The translations under genes were made by a program, and so were the position numbers. A stretch of 20,343 nucleotides of DNA from a virus. The notes under the pieces are model-generated. The model saw nothing but the letters and a program-made list of their open reading frames with translations. It searched no databases and was not told where the DNA came from. Every line of letters starts with the position of its first letter. Position 1 is the stretch's first letter. The stretch is from positions 1-20,343 of the IMG/VR virus record IMGVR_UViG_3300022745_000022; one strand, written 5' to 3'. Of the stretch, positions 7,692-14,121 are shown in pieces.

Positions 7692-8475
7692 TGAGTAAGT
7701 TTTTTGCGCGGGTGAGTAAACTGTTTGTAGTTCCTGTTTTGGGAAACTTTTCGTTCAGGTATTCAAGTTGATTTATGCACTCCCTGACCATATCCTTCAG
7801 CTCGGTGATGCGGGTGCGCATGGCTTCTGCTGTACTCATCAGGTCTGATACTATGTTGCCTTCCCAATCCGCGTCATATTCTAACTTTTCGTCAGCGGGT
7901 TCGGATTTGGTGTCAATAGGGCATACACTGTATCCACAATGATATTGGCACCTATTACCCGTTAGCATTTCATCCTGACACATAAATGCCGGTTCCGTTT
8001 GTTTCGTTTGGTCAACCATTTGGGTGTTCTCACCGCTATGGTCAGCGTCAAGGCTTTTCTTGTCCGTTAGTTCAGGCACATTCCGAAGAGGGGGCCATCC
8101 AGAAAATAGTGTGCATCCAGGTAATGTCGCATCTCCTTCAGCTTCAAAATATTTCTTGCAAAAATTAGTATTCATGTTCCAGGTTTTATTGTTGTGATGG
8201 GGCGGAGTAGCTTTAATTAGATTAGATAAGAATGAGTATGCCCAATGCTCAAATGTTGTTTTGTCGTGTTCTAAAAAGTATTTTCTAATCTTTTCCAACC
8301 CAAGATGATACTCATTAACATCCCCCTCCAGGTCAGCGGGTTGGCTTTTACACTCATCACATTGGCTCTCGCATGTTACACCTGAGCCAGTTTGCCATTC
8401 TTTACAGTAGTGCGCTCCGGGTGCGCTATTAACCTTCACAGGCGGTACGTTGGTCTGGTCGATGTTATTGCTCAT
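7669..8475 (-). CDS. Hypothetical protein, 268 aa, with two Cys4 repeats
   Basis: Long ORF in an AT-richer block; two C..C..C..C-KS(Q/E)PAD modules. Confidence 0.7.
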   Translation of the reverse strand: MSNNIDQTNVPPVKVNSAPGAHYCKEWQTGSGVTCESQCDECKSQPADLEGDVNEYHLGLEKIRKYFLEHDKTTFEHWAYSFLSNLIKATPPHHNNKTWNMNTNFCKKYFEAEGDATLPGCTLFSGWPPLRNVPELTDKKSLDADHSGENTQMVDQTKQTEPAFMCQDEMLTGNRCQYHCGYSVCPIDTKSEPADEKLEYDADWEGNIVSDLMSTAEAMRTRITELKDMVRECINQLEYLNEKFPKTGTTNSLLTRAKNLLNGRNNVR

Positions 8476-8488
8476 GGTGGGTGGGGGT

Positions 8489-8707
8489 TTAGTCGTTTCT
8501 TGTTATGTATATACGCTCACCTCCGTCTGTTGATGGCGGCTCATTTGTCAATGGATGCCACGGTCCGGAAGGGGCCCCGTTTAAATCCCAATACCGATTT
8601 GTCTCAGTGTCTAAAATGTAGTACGGGTATCCGCCGTGGTCAGTTTCTTCCTCCAGCGTCATAATGCGTTGGCCATTGTAAAAAGTAGGCTTTGTAATGT
8701 CTAACAT
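8489..8707 (-). CDS. Hypothetical protein, 72 aa
   Basis: ATG after an A-rich leader; co-oriented with neighbours. Confidence 0.65.
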   Translation of the reverse strand: MLDITKPTFYNGQRIMTLEEETDHGGYPYYILDTETNRYWDLNGAPSGPWHPLTNEPPSTDGGERIYITRND

Positions 8708-8716
8708 ATTATTTGT

Positions 8717-8853
8717 TTTTATACCCCATCGGGGCGTTCAGTTATCATCTTCTTCTATTTTATACCCCATCGGGGTGGTTAAATATTTTCCACTATAACC
8801 TACTTTCCTTCACCTTCTGACAAATATTTTCCAGTAACCCCATCGGGGTGGTT
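8717..8853. repeat. Three copies of a palindromic ACCCCATCGGGG motif
   Basis: TTTTATACCCCATCGGGG at 8717-8734 and 8758-8775; ACCCCATCGGGGTGGTT at 8764-8780 and 8837-8853. Confidence 0.85.
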
Positions 8854-9026
8854 GTGAGGGGTGGGTTTGGGTTACCTTCCACTGGTTGTCCATTGATGTC
8901 CCAGAAAACGGTACCCTCTAATTCCCACCGTTGCTTGTTCGGGTTCCACCGCATATTGGGGGTAAGATTTGCCTTGCCACATCTAATCGGCTCCCCCGCT
9001 AAGGCTTTTTCGTGGTTGAATTTCAT
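8793..9026 (-). CDS. Hypothetical protein, 77 aa (F..EKALAGEP N-terminal motif)
   Basis: ATGA overlap with the upstream gene; the N-terminal motif is common in small phage proteins. Confidence 0.65.
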   Translation of the reverse strand: MKFNHEKALAGEPIRCGKANLTPNMRWNPNKQRWELEGTVFWDINGQPVEGNPNPPLTTTPMGLLENICQKVKESRL

Positions 9027-9340
9027 AGTCTACTCTTTAATTCGTTATGAATGGCGGTCAGTTCGACGTATCGGCACAATACCGTTGTGCATTCCTTGAA
9101 GGTTCCATATTCCTGTATTATGTCTCCCATCTTCATGCATTCCTCTATCCTCGCCTCCGCCTCCTTTATCCCGCATAACGTGGCAGTATGTATGGTTTCA
9201 AATTCAAGAACTTCCGCATATTCTTTACTTCCGTCAGCACATTTTACGTTGGAAATAAATTCTGGAATGTGGAAGTCGCTCTCTCGTATTAGGTTGGCGT
9301 ACCGCTCAACGATGGCATCGGCTTGTTGTGATATAGTCAT
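9023..9340 (-). CDS. Hypothetical protein, 105 aa
   Basis: ATG after an A/C-rich leader; stop overlaps the next start. Confidence 0.7.
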   Translation of the reverse strand: MTISQQADAIVERYANLIRESDFHIPEFISNVKCADGSKEYAEVLEFETIHTATLCGIKEAEARIEECMKMGDIIQEYGTFKECTTVLCRYVELTAIHNELKSRL

Positions 9341-9363
9341 GTCATTTTGAGTTTGAAGTTAAT

Positions 9364-9393
9364 AAAAAGAGCCCGCGTGTAGACACACCGGGC
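9364..9393 (-). terminator. Intrinsic terminator-like hairpin downstream of tRNA-Gln
   Basis: GCCCGGTGT-GTCT-ACAC(G)CGGGC followed by TCTTTTTATT. Confidence 0.7.
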
Positions 9394-9427
9394 GTTGGGG
9401 GTTAATTCACGAATCCTCTACCGAGGG

Positions 9428-9498
9428 TTCCGAGACCTGGATTCGAACCAAGTCAGACAGACCCAAATTCTGCCGTGCTACCGTTACATCATCTCGGA
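9428..9498 (-). tRNA. trnQ: tRNA-Gln (anticodon UUG), CCA not encoded
   Basis: Acceptor TCCGAGA/TCTCGGA plus discriminator A; D loop TAACGGTAG; anticodon arm GCAGA-ATTTGGG-TCTGT; T arm CTTGG-TTCGAAT-CCAGG; 71 nt; one D-stem mismatch. Confidence 0.9.
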
Positions 9499-9499
9499 A

Positions 9500-9697
9500 T
9501 CAGTTATATAACTCTGGGTTGGTTTCCATAGTGGTCTCCTGTATAAGGATCCCGCAGATCACGCAATAACCCAGTCCATTGTACTGCAGATACTGTTCTG
9601 CAGCTTCTTTGCTGAATGCGGGAATATTCGGACCTCCAAAGGTCTTCAATTCCCCATCAGTAGGATCGATCGCCCGAATGAGTGTTGTGAATATCAT
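9500..9697 (-). CDS. Hypothetical protein, 65 aa
   Basis: ATGA overlap with the upstream gene; ends 1 nt before the tRNA. Confidence 0.7.
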   Translation of the reverse strand: MIFTTLIRAIDPTDGELKTFGGPNIPAFSKEAAEQYLQYNGLGYCVICGILIQETTMETNPELYN

Positions 9698-10083
9698 ACA
9701 TCAGCGGTTTTAAGATTGTTCAGTGGCCGGATAGAGCCTTCCTCTTTCGCAGACTCCATAAACGCCATGTGTTGCTGTACTCCTTTCTCATAGTTCTCCT
9801 TGGTATCGGGTAGGATCTGACACTTCGTTGCTGTATGTATGCACGCGCATACCACTTTCTCAGGACTGGACTCCAGCACATAGTATCCATCTCCCAGGTA
9901 TGTCTGCAAGAGTGAATAGATCGGTGGAGGATTCTTGAACCAGTTGATGTCCATGAGAATGGTCTGTGAATACAACGGGGGCCCCGCTTCAGCGACCACT
10001 GACGGCACTGAAGCCAGGTGTTCAGAGATCTCCTTCGCCGCAATCATACCGGGGAGAATCCTAAAGAAGTTCCGTCTGTTCAT
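9694..10083 (-). CDS. Hypothetical protein with twin-arginine (Tat)-like N-terminus, 129 aa
   Basis: MNRRNFFRILPGMIAA resembles the S/T/N-R-R-x-F-L-K consensus. Confidence 0.7.
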   Translation of the reverse strand: MNRRNFFRILPGMIAAKEISEHLASVPSVVAEAGPPLYSQTILMDINWFKNPPPIYSLLQTYLGDGYYVLESSPEKVVCACIHTATKCQILPDTKENYEKGVQQHMAFMESAKEEGSIRPLNNLKTADV

Positions 10084-10378
10084 GTGGTAATGGGTTTATA
10101 ATTGACCAGCCTGCAAAGGTGAAAGATGAGTAGTTCTTATAAGGTGAGTGTGGTACATAGGTCGGGGCCCACTCTCCATCGAAAGGAATACATCTGCGTG
10201 TGGATATACGCATTCCATCAGAGAGGATCATCATGATGAGGTCTTTACTTTCCACATAACTGATCCACCACTTGCTGTAATCGGGCAGAGCAGCTACCTG
10301 TTCCGCCGATAGAGCTTCCGCAATGGCACGTGCTCCCAACAGTCCAGGTACAATTCGAAAGAAGTTCCTTCTGTTCAT
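10061..10378 (-). CDS. Hypothetical protein with twin-arginine (Tat)-like N-terminus, 105 aa
   Basis: MNRRNFFRIVPGLLGARAIAEA; start moved to ATG 10378, matching the paralogous N-terminus next door. Confidence 0.7.
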   Translation of the reverse strand: MNRRNFFRIVPGLLGARAIAEALSAEQVAALPDYSKWWISYVESKDLIMMILSDGMRISTRRCIPFDGEWAPTYVPHSPYKNYSSFTFAGWSIINPLPHEQTELL

Positions 10379-10390
10379 ATGCTTTGTTTT

Positions 10391-10421
10391 AAAAGAGTCC
10401 ACGACCAAGACTGGTCAGGAC
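10391..10421 (-). terminator. Terminator-like hairpin with GUCU loop
   Basis: GTCCTGACCA-GTCT-TGGTCG(T)GGAC followed by TCTTTT. Confidence 0.55.
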
Positions 10422-10457
10422 GGTTGAAATAATTGCACTAACAAAAAGAAAACACAG

Positions 10458-10599
10458 TCGGGGAGACAGGAGTCGAACCTGTAACTCCCCGGTATGAAAG
10501 ACGCTGTGTAGCTTTGCTCTCCGTTTCGGCAGGCTCCCGTCCGTACTCGGTAAGGGGGCTACACCTGCAATTATTCCCCACGGAAAGGAGCGTCTTTCA
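10458..10599 (-). ncRNA. Candidate structured ncRNA ending in a tRNA-like acceptor/T-arm minihelix
   Basis: 11-bp closing helix TGAAAGACGCT/AGCGTCTTTCA, 7-bp GTGTAGC/GCTACAC and inner hairpins, then CGGGGAG-TT-ACAGG-TTCGACT-CCTGT-CTCCCCG-A; no credible ORF in the interval. Confidence 0.65.
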
Positions 10600-10624
10600 A
10601 TATTGTTATTGTTTCGAAAGTTAG

Positions 10625-10653
10625 AAAACCCCGCCTGTAGACACAGGCAGGGG
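10625..10653 (-). terminator. Terminator-like hairpin with GUCU loop
   Basis: CCCC(T)GCCTGT-GTCT-ACAGGCGGGG followed by TTTTC. Confidence 0.65.
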
Positions 10654-10697
10654 GAAAATGAAAAAATGAAAAGCTGGCTTGACTAAGGTAGGGGTTT

Positions 10698-11138
10698 TTA
10701 TAAACCCATGGTCTTGCGGCATTCGGGTCCGATACCCATATGAATGCTCTTGGGATCAGTGAGGTCACGACCACACTTGCCACAGCGTCCCATGTGAAGG
10801 ACTTGGAACCCAGTGGGTAATGAGCCACTGACCAGATTGTTCCAGAACCATTGAAACTTGCCTGCAGCTTTATTGCCGGCGGGATCCTGCGCGATCTCCG
10901 GTTTGGGAATCCATACCCAGGTGTCGGAGAGATGGTTATAAGCCAGCTTACCGACCTCATAGCCTGCACAGCGTACGTAGCGCCATGTAGGGGCAGCTTT
11001 GGACGTGGTGATGCGTACAGCAATGTGCTGCTTGGTCTCCGGATTACGCACCGTGAAGTGCGCCATGCCGGCCGTGGCGAACTTGAACCACATGGTGCGT
11101 GGCAGTTCGACTTCAGAATGGGAGGTCATCGTATTCAT
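10698..11138 (-). CDS. DUF6011-like zinc-ribbon domain phage protein
   Basis: C-terminal GRCGKCGRDLTDPKSIHMGIGPEC matches the recalled C..CGR.LT.P.S...GIGP.C signature. Confidence 0.8.
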   Translation of the reverse strand: MNTMTSHSEVELPRTMWFKFATAGMAHFTVRNPETKQHIAVRITTSKAAPTWRYVRCAGYEVGKLAYNHLSDTWVWIPKPEIAQDPAGNKAAGKFQWFWNNLVSGSLPTGFQVLHMGRCGKCGRDLTDPKSIHMGIGPECRKTMGL

Positions 11139-11535
11139 GGTTATCCTGGTTTGATTCTGTGATTTCGGGTCTCTCCTTGTTGTCCTCGTCTAGCTCATGC
11201 TTGAGCATAGTACAGCGGTTGCGCAGGGTGTCCAGAAACATCCTGTGCCTGTCGTAGCTGTAGTTGCGCGTGTAGAACTGCAGGACATCGACGAGGCGAT
11301 CCTCGAGCTGTTCAGGGGTGAGTACTTCGGGGACAGTGGGCCTTCCATAACGGTGCTCCAGCAGGTCCATGCAGATCTTGCTCTTGAGTAGCTCATCCAG
11401 GGAGTCGTCGAGCTTGGGATCCATATGGATCCCGTAGCCCTTGGCGTAAGCTCTTGCCTTCTTGATGACCTCAATGGCATTGAGCATGGCGTTGGAGGCG
11501 GTTTGTACCGGCATCCGGTCAGGTATATCAACCAT
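11113..11535 (-). CDS. Hypothetical protein, 140 aa, acidic tail ending DDLPF
   Basis: Operon-consistent ORF; the C-terminal DDLPF resembles the SSB C-terminal interaction tip. Confidence 0.75.
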   Translation of the reverse strand: MVDIPDRMPVQTASNAMLNAIEVIKKARAYAKGYGIHMDPKLDDSLDELLKSKICMDLLEHRYGRPTVPEVLTPEQLEDRLVDVLQFYTRNYSYDRHRMFLDTLRNRCTMLKHELDEDNKERPEITESNQDNHEYDDLPF

Positions 11536-11553
11536 AGATGTGGATTGAATGTG

Positions 11554-11583
11554 AAAAAGAAGGGAGCTGGGAAACCAGCCCCC
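11554..11583 (-). terminator. Intrinsic terminator-like hairpin
   Basis: GGGGGCTGG-TTTC-CCAGCTCCC followed by TTCTTTTT. Confidence 0.75.
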
Positions 11584-11628
11584 AATGATGTACTACCCTG
11601 GCCGCCCAGGGTACGGCCCATCGTACGC

Positions 11629-12111
11629 TTACAGTGCAATACCCAATCCGGCAAGGCCATTAAAGCCCTGAGTACCGTACTGTGGTTCCAGGATGAGGGC
11701 GAAGAGATCGCCGCGTCCTAAAGGCAGGCTCAATCGAACACCGCCGGAGACGAATGGAACCGTGGACTTGACGCCCTCCGGTGGACCATTCAGGTAAGTG
11801 CGGATACCACCCATACCCTTGAAATACAGGTAGCGATTCACACGGATGAGCGTGGCTGCATAGACGTACGCACTGACCTCCACTGTACCAGCGTGGACAT
11901 TATCCACTTGGGTGAAGGACACGCCTCCCAAGTATCCGAAGCGGGCATCCTGTGGCCAGGCGCCCATCTCGATACCAAAGCCGTGGGATTGGACGAACAG
12001 GGTCATTTCCCTGAACCTGTCCTGTGTGCAGCCCTCATCCCACCCGCGGTACTGAGCCATACCGTGCACGTGGAACATACTCACCAGGATAAGGACGATG
12101 AAGTTTTTCAT
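11629..12111 (-). CDS. Secreted protein, probable small outer-membrane beta-barrel
   Basis: Signal peptide MKNFIVLILVSMFHVHGMA-Q; Gly/aromatic-rich amphipathic strands (FGYLGGVSF, LYFKGMGGI, PFVSGGVRLSLP, LILEPQYG, LAGLGIAL). Confidence 0.7.
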   Translation of the reverse strand: MKNFIVLILVSMFHVHGMAQYRGWDEGCTQDRFREMTLFVQSHGFGIEMGAWPQDARFGYLGGVSFTQVDNVHAGTVEVSAYVYAATLIRVNRYLYFKGMGGIRTYLNGPPEGVKSTVPFVSGGVRLSLPLGRGDLFALILEPQYGTQGFNGLAGLGIAL

Positions 12112-12352
12112 AGCGCTTCTTTTTGAGTGTGGAATACCGATGCCACAGTGCCCCGAGCAGTGCCGGGAGTGGGTAGCAACAGTATAGGATATAGATCGTG
12201 GAGAAGGAGACGCTGGTGAACCATCCGTGGATGGAGAATGCAGCGAATGTGGCCAGCCACACCACCCATGACAGGATGATGGGCAGCAGGAAGATGGCGA
12301 AGGTCATTGCCATGTTCAGTTTGTACTCCATGCGGAGCTGTTGTCTGTTCAT
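12035..12352 (-). CDS. Membrane protein (about 2 TM segments)
   Basis: Two hydrophobic stretches; the C-terminal tail overlaps the next gene by 77 nt. Confidence 0.7.
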   Translation of the reverse strand: MNRQQLRMEYKLNMAMTFAIFLLPIILSWVVWLATFAAFSIHGWFTSVSFSTIYILYCCYPLPALLGALWHRYSTLKKKRYEKLHRPYPGEYVPRARYGSVPRVG

Positions 12353-12381
12353 TGCTTTGGGTTTGGTTGGTTATTAATCGG

Positions 12382-12576
12382 TCAGTCTTTGAGCATGCTC
12401 CAGATCAGTACTCCGAGCAGGAATACTGCGACCAGGGCCAGTGGTCCTCACAGAGGTGCGGTCACCCACCACCACGACCAGTCGATCACATGCGTGAGCT
12501 TCAGGATGAGGAAGGTGAGAAAGAGCAGGAATGAGACGCTGGTTGAGACCGCATTGCTGTTATTGCTGTCGCTCAT
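12382..12576 (-). pseudogene. Small phage membrane protein (LKL..VIDWSWWWV.APLW family) interrupted by an in-frame TGA at the conserved Trp
   Basis: Hand translation: MSDSNNSNAVSTSVSFLLFLTFLILKLTHVIDWSWWWVTAPL*GPLALVAVFLLGVLIWSMLKD; TGA at 12448-12450. Confidence 0.75.
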
Positions 12577-12608
12577 GGTTCAAGGTTTGGTTATGAAAGA
12601 TAGTGATT

Positions 12609-13004
12609 CTAGTCTTCAAAGGCAAGTGTGTCATCTACACGCACAACATCTACACGCTCAGAGTAGTAGCCATTACTGGTACCGTACCACCGGATGGTGA
12701 TAGTGTCCTTGAGCGTGCGGATGTTGTAGAATGTCCAGGTGTGGGAGTCATCATACTCATCCTTGGCCGGAAGATCACTGGACGTGTTTTCAGTGGCCGA
12801 TAGAATCTGCTGACCCACTAGGTCTTGTATATTACCTGTGATGTCTTCGATGTAGACGCTCTCACAACAATTCCGGTCATGATACATCTTGTACTGCTCC
12901 ACGACTCCTGAATCCGGTGAGTCCTTCACCTGGAAGATGATCTCGTCATTGGCATCGTTGACTGTAATGCCTACGACATACTTGTTGTCAAGCTGGCTTA
13001 TCAT
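12609..13004 (-). CDS. Conserved phage protein (DUF7448-like)
   Basis: MYHDRNCCESVYIEDITG and TWTFYNIRT...IRWYGTSNGYYSE are motifs of a widespread phage family (family name from recall). Confidence 0.8.
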   Translation of the reverse strand: MISQLDNKYVVGITVNDANDEIIFQVKDSPDSGVVEQYKMYHDRNCCESVYIEDITGNIQDLVGQQILSATENTSSDLPAKDEYDDSHTWTFYNIRTLKDTITIRWYGTSNGYYSERVDVVRVDDTLAFED

Positions 13005-13025
13005 GTTGATTTGGTTTTGAAAGTT

Positions 13026-13055
13026 AAAGAAAGGGAAGGCACTTGCTGCCTCCCC
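13026..13055 (-). terminator. Intrinsic terminator-like hairpin
   Basis: GGGGAGGCA-GCAAG-TGCCTTCCC followed by TTTCTTT. Confidence 0.7.
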
Positions 13056-13390
13056 ATTTATCCCTCTGCACTCAGTTGTAATAGGTTTGCCACCAGAAAC
13101 GCCATATCCTTTCGGGAGCTATTTCCTACCTAACTAGTACAACTGCTCACCCTTGGGAGCTGATTAAGCATATACTCGTCACTCGGTTAATCTGTATAAC
13201 ACAGCATGACATTGCATATCCACTCCGAGACAGATATACTGTCCTGTTATCTTAATCAGGCAGTTTCACATCTTAGAAGACGTTCGCTGAGATGGACTAA
13301 GCCAAATACTCCGATGACCTTCAGACTAAGAATTATATATCTGCGTGAGAATGGTGCATTAACAGGCCCACCTCTCGGTAAGCCACTGAA
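13056..13390 (-). ncRNA. Candidate ~335-nt structured ncRNA
   Basis: No credible ORF; multiple long-range helices (CAGTTGTA/TACAACTG, TAGGT/ACCTA, CAGATATAT/GTATATCTG, CCGAGA/TCTCGG) and a possible pseudoknot CCTGTTA/TAACAGG. Confidence 0.55.
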
Positions 13391-13391
13391 C

Positions 13392-13787
13392 TTACTCTGC
13401 CTCAGCGTCGGCTGGAACCTTGTCCTGCAGCACTTCTGTACGCTTACCGGTAGAGAAACTGATATAGGAATCAGCATTAACCGGGTTGAACATACTGTAC
13501 TGGAAGGTGGTATCCTTCATGTTGGCCTTGTGATTCTTCTCATCCCTGACTTTGATGTCAGGACACAGGGCACTGACCAGGCTTTCCACGACCTTGGCAA
13601 GATTCTCTTCGCGTACGGTGAGGATGATGGGCGCTTCTCCACCGCCAAGCATTCCCATGAGCCCACCGGTTTCCAGGTTGAGCTGCAATTGGAATCCACG
13701 GGCCCATACGGGCTTTTCACCTTCACTGATATCGGTGGCCGGGATCAGGAAGGGGGTCACTATGATGTGCGAGATGTCTTTGAACAT
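13392..13787 (-). CDS. Hypothetical protein, 131 aa (MFKDISHIIVTPF...)
   Basis: Start moved to ATG 13787 after an A/C-rich leader; the longer ORF crosses a terminator. Confidence 0.75.
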   Translation of the reverse strand: MFKDISHIIVTPFLIPATDISEGEKPVWARGFQLQLNLETGGLMGMLGGGEAPIILTVREENLAKVVESLVSALCPDIKVRDEKNHKANMKDTTFQYSMFNPVNADSYISFSTGKRTEVLQDKVPADAEAE

Positions 13788-13808
13788 ATGGGTTTGATTT
13801 AAGGTGAC

Positions 13809-13837
13809 AAAATAAAGGGAACCCCGAAGGGTCCCCT
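13809..13837 (-). terminator. Intrinsic terminator-like hairpin with cUUCGg loop
   Basis: AGGGGACCC-TTCG-GGGTTCCCT followed by TTATTTT. Confidence 0.8.
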
Positions 13838-14120
13838 GTGCCTGATGCATCACAGGCTTTGGTCCGTTGTACATCCGGATTCGCAACGGAACTTCTTGAA
13901 AGGGAGTCCACTGTACCTGACATACGTGGAACTCCCTGTGCCTGAGATACAGGCTTGCTTTCAATGAAGTGAGGAGGCTCGTTTAGCAGCCGACCTCCCC
14001 GTGATTGTGCTGACAGCATTGGGAACGACGAGCGTCTATTTACCAATGAGAGCCTGCATCACAATGTCCGTGCCGGCGCCCAGGGACCTGGTCAAACCAT
14101 TGGTATGGGGGCCGGCAAAT
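13838..14120 (-). ncRNA. Candidate ~280-nt structured ncRNA with a duplicated hairpin module
   Basis: Stems TGCCGGC/GCCGGCA, GCTCGT/ACGAGC, AGGGAGT/ACTCCCT, TCCGTTG/CAACGGA; two AAGCCTG..TCAGGCACAGGG copies 100 nt apart. Confidence 0.45.
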
Positions 14121-14121
14121 A

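Noticed and set aside
8717-8853. CRISPR mini-array
   Set aside because: Repeats are only 12-18 nt, spacing is irregular, one copy is inside an ORF, and no cas genes are present.
9394-9427. Theta/HDV-like ribozyme after tRNA-Gln
   Set aside because: Only a 4-bp hairpin is present; too short for the nested double pseudoknot.
10458-10491. attP-type tRNA 3' fragment
   Set aside because: No integrase in the window, and the element carries its own perfectly complementary 5' acceptor strand; not fully excluded.
10458-10570. Reading the tRNA-like element as a full tRNA-Met(CAT) or an opal suppressor (TCA)
   Set aside because: TTTCATAC is present, but no anticodon stem or D arm forms and those bases are used in the 11-bp upstream helix.
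13788-13964. N-terminal ORF extensions in the track (also 6863-6922, 15880-15999, 16659-16763, 18320-18466)
   Set aside because: They cross terminator hairpins or promoter regions; downstream ATGs have the typical A/C-rich leader.
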